From Octopus sinensis (lineage: Eukaryota), in assembly GCF_006345805.1 (NCBI RefSeq), contig NC_043000.1, forward strand, positions 145,700,001 to 145,764,000: a DNA stretch of 64,000 bases, given 5' to 3'. The number at the start of each line of letters is the position of its first letter. Position 1 is the stretch's first letter. The position numbers and the translations under genes are program-made. Below are positions 43,715 to 56,647 of the stretch, one piece after another. The notes below the pieces were generated by a model. It had not been told where the DNA came from and ran no database searches. It was given only the letters and a program-made list of their open reading frames with translations.

Positions 43715-43794
43715 ATTCGGTATGGGTACGAATGGTTGCAGCTTTCTTTCCTGCCTGTGTTTGGTGGGGCGTAGTATGCGTATGCTTGCGTGTG

Positions 43795-44069
43795 AGTGTG
43801 CCGACTCCTTTACCTACACTTCTAGCAACGTCATTTAATGCATCACCTGCTCTTTCTGTCCTCTGTACATCGGTCAAATGGGACGCCGCTTGGCTGACCG
43901 GTTCGCGAAGCACCTCGGAGACATCGGACTTAGCACTGTGATACCCCGTGTCCTTCCATTTACGCTCTACTGCTCATACACTACAATGCATATCTGTGAA
44001 CAAGAATTAATCTTCTCTTTTCGCTCTTTTGCTCCACATGGCCTCAACTCCCTTCCTCTCTTCATCTGA
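43795..44069 (+). mobile_element. Penelope-like GIY-YIG endonuclease remnant
   Basis: DSFTYTSSNVI*CITCSFCPLYIGQMGRRLADRFAKHL ... EQELIFSFRSFAPHGLNS, followed by a C/T-rich tail. Confidence 0.8.
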
Positions 44070-44519
44070 CCCCCTTCTCTCCTCTCTTCATCCGAGACCT
44101 ACTTCCTCTTTTCATTTCTATCAACCTCTCCTATCTTCCTCTGACACTTAATTCCTCTCTTCTTTCCTACCCACCTTTCTTCATTGATACCCCATACCCC
44201 CACACCCACATAACCAACACATATCCAGATCCCCTCACCCATGCGCCACTCCCCTGTCCCACACCTCCATCCCCATATCACATCACCACCCCACACTCAC
44301 ATCCCCAACGCAGATCCCATTCCTATCCCCACATTCATTGAAAAGCGTAGTTTTAAAACATAAAAGGCTTTCTGATTTCCTCTAGCATCAAACTAATACC
44401 CCTGTTTGTTGTTTGTGGACCTGTCTTCTGCTTTTTATGTAAATTTCAACTACATATATCTATATCTATATGTATCTATATATATATATATATATATAAA
44501 TATAGAGAGAGAGAGAGAG

Positions 44520-44524
44520 AGATG

Positions 44525-44594
<70 letters not shown>

Positions 44595-44595
44595 C

Positions 44596-44644
<49 letters not shown>

Positions 44645-44695
44645 TAGATAGATATATACAAATATAGATAGATAGACAGATAGATAGATAGATAT
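44520..44695. repeat. (GATA)n microsatellite
   Basis: Direct reading. Confidence 0.95.
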
Positions 44696-44736
44696 ATGTA
44701 TATATATATATATGTGTATATATATGTGCATATATA

Positions 44737-44770
<34 letters not shown>

Positions 44771-44822
44771 ACACATATTTAGATAGATATATATATGTGT
44801 GTGTGTGTGTGAGTGTGTGTGT

Positions 44823-44865
<43 letters not shown>

Positions 44866-45136
44866 GTGTGTGTGTATTACTATTTACGTTTGTCAGCAGT
44901 TGATAGATGGGGTTTTCGTATTCTTGTCTGAGTAGAAAAAGAAAGAACCTGTTATATAAGCAAATGATTTGATAATAGAAGAGTGCTTTAGCAGGACTCC
45001 AATTACAATTTTTTTCTCTTTCATTAGACAAAAAAAAAAAATACGATGTGCAATTATACATACATATGTGTATTTATCCGTGTTGGTATGTGTTTGTGCG
45101 TGTGTGTATACGTATTTATGAACTGGTATATATATA

Positions 45137-45168
<32 letters not shown>

Positions 45169-46067
45169 GAGTGTGTGTATATGTTTATCTACACGCACAC
45201 ACACACACATATATATATATGTGTATGTATGTATGTATGTATGTATGTATGTATGTATGTATGTATGTATGTATGCATCTATGTATCTATGTAATTTGAA
45301 CATTAATGTTAAAGAGAAATGAAAGTAAGAAAAAAGACAATTGTAGCAGTGATAAAAGATATTAATTTTAAATAATGGATAAAAACCTGTATGATTATTT
45401 AATTCACATGCCATATTAGTCATGTTCGGAATTTTATACTCTGTGTTACATCAGGTTGATATTTTGGGATTATTTTTTCGAAAACATTATATTGCCTTGT
45501 CGTTAAAAGCCATACTTTTTTTTTTTTTGTATATTCATACATATTTCTCGAACAAATTTGAGATGTGAAAAGGACAAAACCTGTCAGCGATTGTTTGTTA
45601 ATCTCCAAACTATGCATTACCTAGAAGGTATACTTTTCAATTCTTGGTTAATGCGATGTCAAATCGGCAGGTTCATTGATATTAATTCAATCTTTTCGGT
45701 TTACAATTAATATATTGAGATATCTGTAGCTTCGTCTACCTCACGCTTATACGAATAGTGTTTCAACAAATTAGAGTTACGACGCTCATCATTTTAGTTG
45801 CGTTAGCACTTATCTTATTCAAGGATATCATTTTATAAATTAATAACGACACATCTAAGATTTTTTATATACAAAAGTATTACGAACAATAATTCTTTTC
45901 ATTAATTATTCTGATCAAAATGTGCAATGAAATATTATGGCAGACAAAATAACATATAAGCAACAAATTAACAAGTATAATGTGATAAGGCTGAGTATAT
46001 ACACAGATAAATATATATACTTATATATGTTTGTAGCTCTATGTATTTAAATTTAATATATATCTAA

Positions 46068-46114
<47 letters not shown>

Positions 46115-46126
46115 GTGTGGATATAA

Positions 46127-46173
<47 letters not shown>

Positions 46174-46226
46174 CATATACATATATATGTACACTTATTT
46201 ACATACACACACGCGCACACATACCA

Positions 46227-46264
<38 letters not shown>

Positions 46265-46314
46265 TAATTATATATATATGGTGTGTATATATACTGATAG
46301 CTAGATAGATAAAT

Positions 46315-46462
46315 AAATAGATAGATAGATAGATAGATACCTACATACATACATACATACATACATGCATACATACATACATACATACATACATACATAC
46401 ATACATACATACATACATACATACATACATACATACATACATACATACATACATACATACAT
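46315..46462. repeat. (GATA)n-(TACA)n microsatellite
   Basis: Direct reading. Confidence 0.95.
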
Positions 46463-46725
46463 AGAGGGATGGTATTATTAAAATGCCGTACAGGCAAATA
46501 AATAAAATATATACGTACAATATTAGTTATGTACATATATAAACAAGGACACTATATGAGCACCCACATCGCTATAAGTAGGAGTCAAATATACTTCTGT
46601 GCCACCGAATAGTCAGAAATCTACTATAGACATGACATCTGTTTTTAGCGATGTAGCTGCCCACGTAGTACCCTTGTGTATATATGTGCGTATCTAATAT
46701 TGTATGTATATATTTTATATATATT

Positions 46726-46757
<32 letters not shown>

Positions 46758-46758
46758 T

Positions 46759-46837
<79 letters not shown>

Positions 46838-47649
46838 TACACACACACAAGTATATATAATACATACATATATATATATACATTAATATCTGTAAACATA
46901 TTCTATATAGTACGTGAATGTGCTTTAGCATGTACATATATATGTTTGACTGTAGAACGCATTCACAATATTACAAGAGAACTATTATTTATAAAATTGG
47001 AACGTACTCTTAGTAATCTCATTAAAACGACATCAATTTTTTTAGTAGGACATGATTTTCTCTGATTTATACATAAGGGACCGTTGGATTGTTTCCTAAA
47101 TATAGCCTGAAACTAGAATTAATTAAGAAGTTTAACTAAATATATTAAGAGATTTAGACGTTCGTGTGAAACTAATTGCATTTCGAAAGTATATATATTC
47201 ATAAGTATCTGTGAGTGTGTGTGCGTGTGTGTGTGTATGTGTATGTATGTGTGTGTGTGAGTGTGTGTGTGTGCATATAATGTTTTCTTGATTTTTCCTG
47301 CGCGTATAGGTGAACATATAGAGTTAAAATTTATGGAAAAACATAAGACGAAGATACGTGTATGAACAAAAACCTATGTAAACTACGTAAAAAAGTTTAG
47401 AAATTATATAAATATAAACATAGATGTATGTGTATATATGTGTACATATATGTATATAATCATATATAGATTAGTTTATATATACATTAGTGTATATATA
47501 TATTAGTATTAGTTTTGCGGTCGAGAAAAATAAAAAAGGCCTTTTACGTTTCGAGATTACGTTCTTCAGCAGAAAGGAATAAGAGGAAATAAACAAAAAG
47601 AATGAAAAAAAAACGTGTAGAGTATACACACACACGTGTGTGTGTATTC

Positions 47650-47870
47650 TTTTATTCTTTTATTTCTTTTAGTCATTTCAATGCAGCCATGCTGGAGCAT
47701 TGCCTTTAGTCAAACAAATCGACCCTATGACTTACTCTTTTTACGCCGAGTACTTATAGTATAGGTTTCTTTCCCGAAGCGCTAATTTGCGGAGACGTAA
47801 ACACACTAGCATCGGTTTCGGTTGTCAATGATGGTGGGGCAACAAACACAGAAACACAACTACATACATA
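47650..47870 (-). mobile_element. SINE family B, 3' half, degenerate
   Basis: gcagccatgctggagcattgcctttagtc...gacgtaaacacactagcatcgg matches family B. Confidence 0.75.
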
Positions 47871-47954
47871 TATACATACATGCACACACACACGCACACA
47901 CACAAACACACACACACACACGCACACACACACACACACGTATATATACATGTT

Positions 47955-48836
47955 TATTTACTTGATATAGTTTTACCTCATGAGTTGCGGCCATGCTGAG
48001 GCACTGCCAATTGGTCTTGTTACATAATTTTACTTCACTAATTCTTTTTAGAAATTGGCATTTGGTGCATGAGGGAGTTTGATGACGTTGCCTTGATCTG
48101 TACTTCTTGCTATGAGGTTGGTTCTTCTGGGATACTTAAGAGTAAGAGATCTAATTTCGTTACAAAAACACCTACATCCACTCCACGTAGGTCTCTCAGG
48201 TCCTTCGGAAGGATATTTAAGTGTTGTGCTCGTTTAAAGCCTAGACTGTTGCAATATCGGCCTATATGTTGATGGTAAATTTGGAGCCCTTGGCACTATG
48301 CAGTGGCACCCTGTTTTAGCATTAATATATCTCTCGATAACAAAGTTTCGAACAAGTCCATCTAGGGTCTGCTAGATGTATATTATGGCATATCTTTCTC
48401 GACTACGCTTTAAAGAATAGAGTATTAATCCTTTTAGTCTTTCCCAGTAGCTTATATGCTGCATAAAGGCTATCTTCGTGTAGCTTCGTTGGATTGCCTC
48501 AAGCTCTACAATTAATTTTACACAGGTCGCTGACTATAGCTGGGATCAATGATCAACGTCTCTTCGGATAAGTGTGATCCAGAGAACCATCATGGTCTCC
48601 TGAGTTCTCGTTCTAAGCGTTCTAAGAATCCATCTGATCAGCCGCCTGCATTCCATTGCCAACTTAGCAACATGCACATGGAAGGATGTATCATTACTGT
48701 GTCTCTGGGATTACAATCTATCCAGGCCCAGTGTATTTAATTGGTATTGCATGCTGATAGCACAAGGCTTGAAACTTTTCAGCATTAAACTGTATGCTAT
48801 TCTGCTCAGCCCACTTGTATATTTCATCCAACTCCA
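47955..48836 (-). mobile_element. CR1/L2-group LINE, 3' end (late RT domains, C-terminus and 3' tail), decayed
   Basis: LELDEIYKWAEQNSIQFNAEKFQAL ... LEAIQRSYTKI ... SYWERLKGLILYSLKRSRERYAIIYI; 3' tail at 47955-48008. Confidence 0.8.
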
Positions 48837-48838
48837 AT

Positions 48839-49048
48839 ACTCTTTTACTCTTTTACTTGTTTCAGTCATTTGACTGCGGCCATGCTGGAGCACCGCCTTT
48901 AGTCGAGCAAATCGACCCCGGGACTTATTCTTTGTAAGCCCAGTACTTATTCTATCGGTCTCTTTTGCCGAACAGCTAGGTGACGGGGACGTAAACACAC
49001 CAGCATCGGTTGTCAAGCAATGCTAGGGGGACAAACACAGACACACAA

Positions 49049-49116
<68 letters not shown>

Positions 49117-49276
49117 CGACAGGCTTCTTTCAGTTTCCGTCTACCAAATCCACTCACAAGGCACTGGTTGGCCCGGGGCTATAGCAGAAGACACTTGCCC
49201 AAGATGCCACACAGTGGGACTGAACCCGGAACCATGTGGTCGGTTAGCAAGCTACTTACAACACAGCCACTCCTGC
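48839..49276 (-). mobile_element. SINE family B, full-length, with internal (CA)n(TA)n
   Basis: Head GCAGGAGTGGCTGTGTTGTAAGTAGC...GGGTTCAGTCCC, body, microsatellite, 3' stem-loop and (GTAAAAGA)n tail. Confidence 0.9.
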
Positions 49277-49511
49277 GTTCTGTATCATGTATATATAAAG
49301 TAGTTGTATTTAAAGCGATGTATGTAAATTTATGTATGGATCGATAAATAAACAGAGGAAGAGAATGAGAAAGACCTACAAGCAAAAGTGAGGCAATGAC
49401 ACTTGCACAAGGATGACCAAACTTGCGGAGATAATTTCTGTTCAACAAAGTCATTCATCAGAAAACTGAAAATAGTATTTCAAATGTAGTCGTGATATCT
49501 AACTTATTAAT

Positions 49512-49838
49512 GGAAGCACTCCGTCGGTTACGACGATGAGGGTTCCGATTGATCCGAATCAACGGAACAGCCTGCTCGTGAAATTAACGTGTAAGTGGCT
49601 GAGCACTCCACAGACACGTGTACCCTTAACGTAGTTCTCGGGGATATTCAGCGTGACACAGAGAGTGACAAGGCCGGCCCTTTGAAATACAGGTACAACA
49701 GAAAGAGGAAGTAAGAGTGAGAGAAAGTTGTGGTGAAAGAGTACAGCAGGGATCACCACCATCCCCTGCCGGAGCCTCGTGGAGCTTTAGGTGTTTTCGC
49801 TCAATAAACACTCACAACGCCCGGTCTGGGAATCGAAA
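49512..49838 (-). mobile_element. SINE family C, truncated in the B-box, with a different tail
   Basis: Shares CCCAGACCGGGCGTTGTG..TGTTTATTGAGCGAAAACACCTAAAGCTCCAC with 43558-43714; perfect 13-bp TSD CTAACTTATTAAT (49499-49511, 49839-49851). Confidence 0.88.
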
Positions 49839-50152
49839 CTAACTTATTAATATGCATCCTGTAATTGCTTACTCATCAGATGCTCATCAATTGTTATGAA
49901 GCTGCAAGTTCATATACTTCTAATACTTCCTTCAGCTTCTGCCAATGCACCCACACTCAGTTCATGCATGTGTGGATAGTTAAATTCTTATACTTATTCA
50001 CATATGCTTGGCTCGTTTTACATTGAATTAAGACGGAGACTGGGTTTAGCTTGTTTCATATTCTTGATATTTTGCGAACTGCGTCCTCTAATATGATTAC
50101 GTAATTCCAGAAACAGAGCTCAGAAACAGTTGTCGGACTTGAAATACCATAC

Positions 50153-50199
50153 CTTCTGCTCTTATTTTTCTGTGGCTTTGTACACTGTAACAATCGGCT
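50153..50199 (-). CDS. Candidate 47-nt exon, unidentified
   Basis: Acceptor aattttatatttacag| and donor AAG|gtatgg; two frames open (SRLLQCTKPQKNKSR / ADCYSVQSHRKIRAE). Confidence 0.25.
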
Positions 50200-50429
50200 C
50201 TGTAAATATAAAATTATCTGTATATTTATAGATGAATGCTCATTATGTGAATATCTTCAGTCATTGTCTCGCCATATGAATATTTATGTATATTTTATAT
50301 ATACATATATACATATATGCATACATACATGCGTTCATATATATACATGCAGTCATATATACTTGCATACATACATACGTACATACATACATATATACAT
50401 ACATACACACATGCATATATATATGTATG

Positions 50430-50471
<42 letters not shown>

Positions 50472-50886
50472 AGTGTGTGCATATATGCATGTGTGTATGA
50501 TTGTATGCGTATATGCATGCATGTATATCTTAGATTGAGGAAGATAGGTAAATAGTTAGATATGTTTCTTTATTAGCCACACAGGGCTGCACACAGATAG
50601 AACAAATTACAAGGTAGAGCTTTTGTTTTGAAGGTAAAAAAAAAATTTTTTTTTAAATAAAAAAAGAAAAAAAAAGAAAGGGGGATCGATCAAAAGGGAT
50701 CGTAAAAAGAGAGAAAGAGGACAAAAAAGGGGGGGTTAAAAAAAGGGGAGGACACGTGAGGTTTACCCGTGGAAAGAAAAGCCTACGGAAAAGACCACGG
50801 TAACCTCGGTCAATGAAGTCACATGTTATATTTCTTTTTTTTTTTTATTTTGCAAATAAGCAACTCTCTGTATTAATTTTTACGGT

Positions 50887-53800
50887 TCATAGAATCATAG
50901 TCAAGGTGGCTTCGTCATTCATACGTGCCATCCGTGCTACATTCACCCATCTTTTTTTAAAACATTCACTAGACAAAACTTGCCTCTCTACTCTCACTTT
51001 TTTCTTCAAGTGATACTTGAAGAAGTTGATGAGAGATTGACCAGAGAGGAAAGTGTTTGTCTCTAATCCTTTCAGACGCGTCCACCAGATACATTCTTTC
51101 GCCATAGCCACAAGTATGATAAAAAACAGCTCTTCCTTCCCTGTTGAAGGAAGGAGGCGTGACGATATTAACGATAGACTCGGCTGATAAACCGATACGT
51201 TCCACACGTGACAGCAGTCGTTCGACATAAGCCCACAGGTGGGAAATTGCTGGACACTGCACGATTGCGTGCAGAGCGGTTTCGTCGCTCTGCCCGCATC
51301 TCGGGCAGGTCGTCCCCGTGTTTCTCGAGCCATGCCTATAGAGCTTATCCCGAACGGGTAGCGCTTCTCGGTAGCACCGCCAGGCCAGGGATCTCTGGAA
51401 GTTGTCCATAGGTCCAGGGCCGAAAGTCGTTTGAAACAGGCGGGTCAGGTATTCCTCGTCGACGCCCAGGTTTTCCCCGAGCTCGTCGTCGTACCTCCCC
51501 TCCACTAATCCCCTATAGAATGCTTTGGTTGTGTTGAAGTCACTCAAGGTCGACCCGGGACGGCAGAGTTGTTGAGAGCAAAGCGACACTCGCGGTGCCA
51601 TTCGCCCTTCCCGACCTCTTTTTGATCCACGACTGTAGTTCGGTCATGGAGACGAGTTGCGGGAATGCGTGCCTCACAAACGGCGACCACACCTGTTCAC
51701 CGTCGTCTACATAGAGCCGGAGATGTCGCAGTCTCAGCGCGTGTCTGCGCATCATCAACCACGGCATGCCCAGCCCTCCTTTTAACGGGTGTTGACAGCA
51801 AATGGATCGCCTGACATCGGGACGCATCCTTTCCACAAGAAGCGGAAGAGGATGCGTTCTAGTTTGGTGATGGTAGGGTCGGGACAAGTACGACGGTCAG
51901 GCGGTAGTAGATGATGGACGCGATGTACGCGTTCACCACCTCCGCCCGACTTTTAGGGACAGTTTCCTCTCGGCCCATTGCTGGGCGAGAGTGACCACCC
52001 TACTCGTTATCTCGTTCCAGTTCTTCTCCATTTGGAGGTCTGGAACGAACCAGACCCCGAGCAACTCAACCGGGCCGTCTGTCCAGCGTCCCAGACGGAG
52101 GTACTGGTGGACGGCATGGGCTTGCTTCTCAGGTGCCGAGCGCAAGCCCACTGACTTTTCCGGTTGTTTGCTCCTGTCACCGCCGACCCGCTCGATGTGC
52201 TCGTGGCTTGACACTATGACGGTGACGTCGTCCGCGTATGCAGACACGCTCGTCCCGCATCCTAATTCTCGCGGGATGCCCCTCAGAGTCGCCAGCTTCC
52301 GCGCAGTAGTGGCTCAAGTGTCAATACGTATAGAAGCGCCGAGAGGGGGGCATCCCTGACGGACCGAACGTGCAATGTCGAAGGGTCTCGATAGATGTCC
52401 ATTTACGCGAATTACCGAACGGATGCCCTCTGTACAAGGCAGCTATCCAGCCGCGGAAGACGGGACCGAACCAGCCGCTCTCAGGACTGCCTCCAAGTAT
52501 CGATGGTCTACCCTATCAAAGGCTTTCGATTGATCCAAGTTGATCGTTAACTACCCTGTCTATGATGTAACGCATCAGATGGAGGTTGTCATGGATGCTC
52601 CGGCCCGGCACGGCGCACGTTTGTGAGTTGTCGACCAGTTTCTCCATGACAAGCGCCAACCTCTTGGCTAACACCTTTGTCAAGGTTTTCAGGTCTGCAT
52701 TGAGCAGAGTGATTGGCCTAAAGTTATCTATAATGTTTCCCTTGTTTGGATCTTTCTTCAGCAGAGTTACAGCTCCTCGACTCACAAAACCGGGTATGCT
52801 CCCGTTTTGCTGCCAGTTGCAGTATACCGCTGCCAAGACGTCTCCAAACAAGTCTGGCATACAATAGTAAAATTCGTAGGGTAGACCATCCAAACCCGGT
52901 GATTTGTCCCTCGAGCATTCTGCCATCGCTTCCCGCACTTCCGCCGCCGTGATGGCACCTTCGCAGCACCCTGCCTTTCTTGTCGAGAGTCGTGGCAGGC
53001 TATGTAGGTAGGCACTGAAGTCTACCCTACGTTCTTGCCCTCCACTCGTCCCGAACAGTCGGGCAAAATGCTGCTGAAAGGCCTCACACATTTTACTTGG
53101 CTCGAGCAATTCGCGCCCCTGTTCATCTACCAGTGACCGAATGGTGGCTTTGTTGCCCTGTTGCGCCTCTGCCACCCGGGCCTCTCTCGCGGCTCCAACA
53201 CCTTCGTTCCTTAGAGCACGCATCCTAGCTCTGGACAGCACATCCTTCGTGTTTGGCGTTGAAGTGTTGGTCGAGGGCCAACCTCGCCGCCAAAACGTCG
53301 GATGCGATGCCGCTTCTAATTGCCTCTTCTAGCTTCTTAACTAGCTCACCCTCTACTCTATTTCTATCTATGGCTAGTGCTTTGCTGTACCTAATCGCTT
53401 CTGCTTTTACTGCTCTCTTGAGGGCAAACCACCATTTGTTGTTGATGATGGCTCCCGTCAAAGCCCTCTTTACTAGTGTGCTAATCCGGTCTCTGAAAAC
53501 TTGTCTGGACGGGAATGATGCGTTCAGTTTCCAGTACCCAGGACCCTGTCTATGTGCCTTATCTAAGTCTAGCGTACACGTCACCAATTTGTGATCCGTG
53601 TAGCTGACTGTGTGGAATTGTGGACATCCTAAGTTATCCTTGTCTACTGTCCTACACAGTATCCTATCTAGATACGATCTCGACGACCCACTGCGGTTGC
53701 TCCATGTCCACGTTGGTGCATTTGGGTGGTCGAGTCGGGTCGTACCTGTCAGACAGTTGGAATCGTCTGAGCAGGTCTCTGAGGCATTTGCATCCCCTTC

Positions 53801-54274
53801 TGTTTCTGTCTATACCCACGTAGTCTACATGCGTGTCCAAGGTAGCATTCCAATCCCCCACTAAGAGTAAAGGACGAGACGTTCCCAAGAATACTTCTAG
53901 ACGTCGAAAGAAATCCGCCCGACCTGTTAAGGGCGGTGCGTAGACTGATACGAGTCGAAAAGCGCACCCATTGCTGTCGCCAACATCAAGAACGATCAGT
54001 CTACCCTCCGGGTCTACGAATATCGTCTTGACTTCGAGATCCAGGCTCTTGTGAAAAAGTACGCGGTGCCACTACCGCCCATCCTCGGCAGACAGGGAGC
54101 GAAATAAATGTAAAACTGTCCGCCAAACATTGGACTTTAGGGCCCGTGGCTCGTGGAGTCTGGTCTCACTTATGGCTATGATTCCCAATCATGTGACTTG
54201 ATGTCATTTAGGAGGTATCCTTGTTTCCAAGGAGACCCCAAGCCACGCGCATTCACACAACCAATCTTGACCAT
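50887..54274 (-). pseudogene. Tx1-like ORF2 (APE endonuclease, reverse transcriptase, CCHC), frameshifted
   Basis: MVKIGCVNARGLG; ISETRL; LLLVGDWNA; TDHKLV; KSPGLDGLPYEFY; NFRPITLLN; SAYADD; CPRCGQSDETALHAIVQC; split over at least six ORFs of the track. Confidence 0.92.
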
Positions 54275-54279
54275 GATTC

Positions 54280-56428
54280 TATTGGGGTGTGTGCTTTAAA
54301 ACACACAAATGAAAGTACAGAGAGTTACTTACTTGTGTCGAAAGTTTTGGCTTCCTCGTTCTTTGATGTGTCTTCGAGGAGGTTTTTATATAGTTTTTGG
54401 GACAGATATTTCTGGAAACCCCCTACAGCATTTGGGAGAGGGCTTTGAGTTTGTGGTGTTGTGTTTGTGTGATGTGTAGTATTTTGATGTGTTTGGGTGG
54501 TGTAGTGCGTGGATGATTGCTATTTTTAAAGTCATCTTCACAAATGTTTGTGTATCCTGTGATGTACTCCATTAGTTTGGAGTATTTTGTGTCTATCGCT
54601 GATAGCATTGTTTTGTGGTGTTGGTGCTTGTTTTGTTGTGTATGGAGTTTTCAGGGTTCATGTATCTCCCTGCTTTGGTTGCGATTTCTTGTTTGGTTTT
54701 TCTTGATCTTTTTCTTTTACCCCCTGTGGCTATTTGCCATTCTGTCGAACTTTCATCGTTAGATGAAAAGTCTGACGAATCAGCAGGGGGCAAGGGTAAA
54801 GCGTCTGGGGTGTGTTTGTGCGGTTGTAGATATTGTTGTGGTGCGCGGAGAGGGTGTTGCTGGGGGGGTTTGTTGTGGTTATTGTCTCTCCTACATCCTT
54901 GGTGCTTGTCTTCTTCGTTGTTATTTGGTGTTGGAATTGGTTTATTTGTTGTTGGTGGTGATGATTCTGTTCTTGGCGCTGGTGTTGGTGTTGTTTGGTT
55001 GGGTGGCTTGTTCTTTGTTGTTTTTCCTGCATTTCCGCATACAGCGTCTTGACTAGCTGTCCATATTGTGGTGTGGGCAATAATCCTGGCTTTTGTGATT
55101 TTTCCTGTGGCTGTTGTTGTTGTTGTAATTTTGCGGCAGATTTGCACTCCTTTTTGAGGTGTGCCTCACTGCCACATGTATAGCATCGTGGCCTTCTGCC
55201 CTCGACTACTACGTATAACTTGCGGTCATCCTCAAGATGTACGTGGGTGGGGATTTTATTTATGTCCTCTTGACTTATGTGGAAGAGGAACTCTATTCTC
55301 TTTCCCAGCCAGTCCTTGTTTTCCGAAACACCGATATCTAGGATGTTTAAGTCCTCCATTTCGGATGTTAAGGCGGATGTAATCCACAGTGTGGTAGTCA
55401 CTTGGGGGACACCACTGATAATGACTTTCGTTACCTTCTGGCCGAGGTAACTCGGTGTCAACGTTAGTTCATCAGAATGAAGGGTTATCGTTGAGAAATT
55501 CTTCGCCAACTCTTCACTCTGAAAAACCACCTGTACGTGTGCGAACTTGTTCGCCCAAGTCACACAATCCTTGTATCCCCAGATGGGGCGTAAGCACTTT
55601 TCGACTTTGTCTGTGCTTGTCTTTTCTGGACTTTTAGTTTTTTTATTTGTGATTTTATATACAATTGTCTTTTTTTTCTCCTCATTCAGTATGTGTTGAG
55701 GTATGTGTAAGAGTATTTTTCCGTTTTCATTTGTAATAAGGTTTCTGCAATCTTTAATCTGTTGTGTAGTAAACGAAACTTTTGTTACCTTTTCTTTTAT
55801 CGCCTCGGCGAAGTTTGTTGTTGTTTTTGTTATTGTTGTTACTGCCGGTGGTGTTGGTGTTGATGGCAGGGGTGTGGGTTGTAGGTTTGTGGTTGTGATT
55901 ATGCAACTAGCAAGGGGTGGAAAATTGCCTGCGTAATTTAGTCCTGCATTAGCGCAAATTCGACATTTCGTTTGCTGTCGTCGTTATTTTTTCACTTGTT
56001 GGTGATGGAGTGAGCAGTGGTTGAAGGGAATTGTTGTTGTCGTCATCGTTGTTGTTGCTGTTGTTGTTGTTGTTATTGTCGTTCTTGGTGACGACGGTGG
56101 TGTTAGTAGTATTAGTAGCATTGACGGCACGGTCTTTGGTGGCGGTGATGGTGGTGTTGGTATTGTTATTGGTGGTGATGTCTTTAGTAGGGATAGCAGT
56201 TTTAGTAGCAGATTCTGCCATGGTGTTGTTGTCGGTGCTGGTGGTGGTGGACTCACTGATGGTGTTGACGGTGCTTGGCCTTGCGACCTTTGTTTTGTAT
56301 TTGTTGCTGTTGTCGATGTTGATGGTGGTGGAGTTGTCAGGTACAGCGTATGCTAACAGAGCATCCTGTTTTTCTGCCTCTGCGTCACGCTTGACTTGCA
56401 CCTCAGCCTCGTGGTGACCAGTGGCCAT
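54280..56428 (-). pseudogene. Tx1-like ORF1 (T/N-rich N-terminus, RRM-like region, zinc knuckle, Q/T/P-rich tail), frameshifted; 3' end approximate
   Basis: aaaATGG start at 56428 (MATGHHEAE...); ORF 54730-55563 contains VVVEGRRPRCYTCGSEAHLKKEC. Confidence 0.8.
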
Positions 56429-56647
56429 TTTGGAAATAAAATGGCTAAATGAAACCACGAAGGCTATGAGAATTTTTTCTTTTAAACTTTGCCCACAAGG
56501 GGCAAAATTTTGTGTAGATATTTATCAAAGGTTTACAGTGGATGTTGTTGCACAACTTTTAAACTCAAAATATTTGTCAATATACACTTTTGAACGTACA
56601 AAAATACCAACTTACGTGGAGCCCATTTGACTTGCGTCTGTCTGTCC

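Larger units (their letters stand above)
50564..56647 (-). mobile_element. Tx1/L1-clade non-LTR retrotransposon, near full-length, inactivated by frameshifts (5' boundary uncertain, 56460-56647)
   Basis: ORF1 with CX2CX4HX4C knuckle, ORF2 with APE + RT + C-terminal zinc motif, purine/pyrimidine-biased 3' UTR ending ...GGCTAATAAAGAAAC. Confidence 0.93.

Noticed and set aside
45755-45800. ATGATGA...GAAAC hammerhead-like spacing on the minus strand
   Set aside because: No credible stem II or stem I.
50969-56417. Plus-strand ORFs overlapping the Tx1-like element (e.g. 54615-55052, 56031-56417)
   Set aside because: Antisense shadows of GC-rich or low-complexity retrotransposon ORFs.
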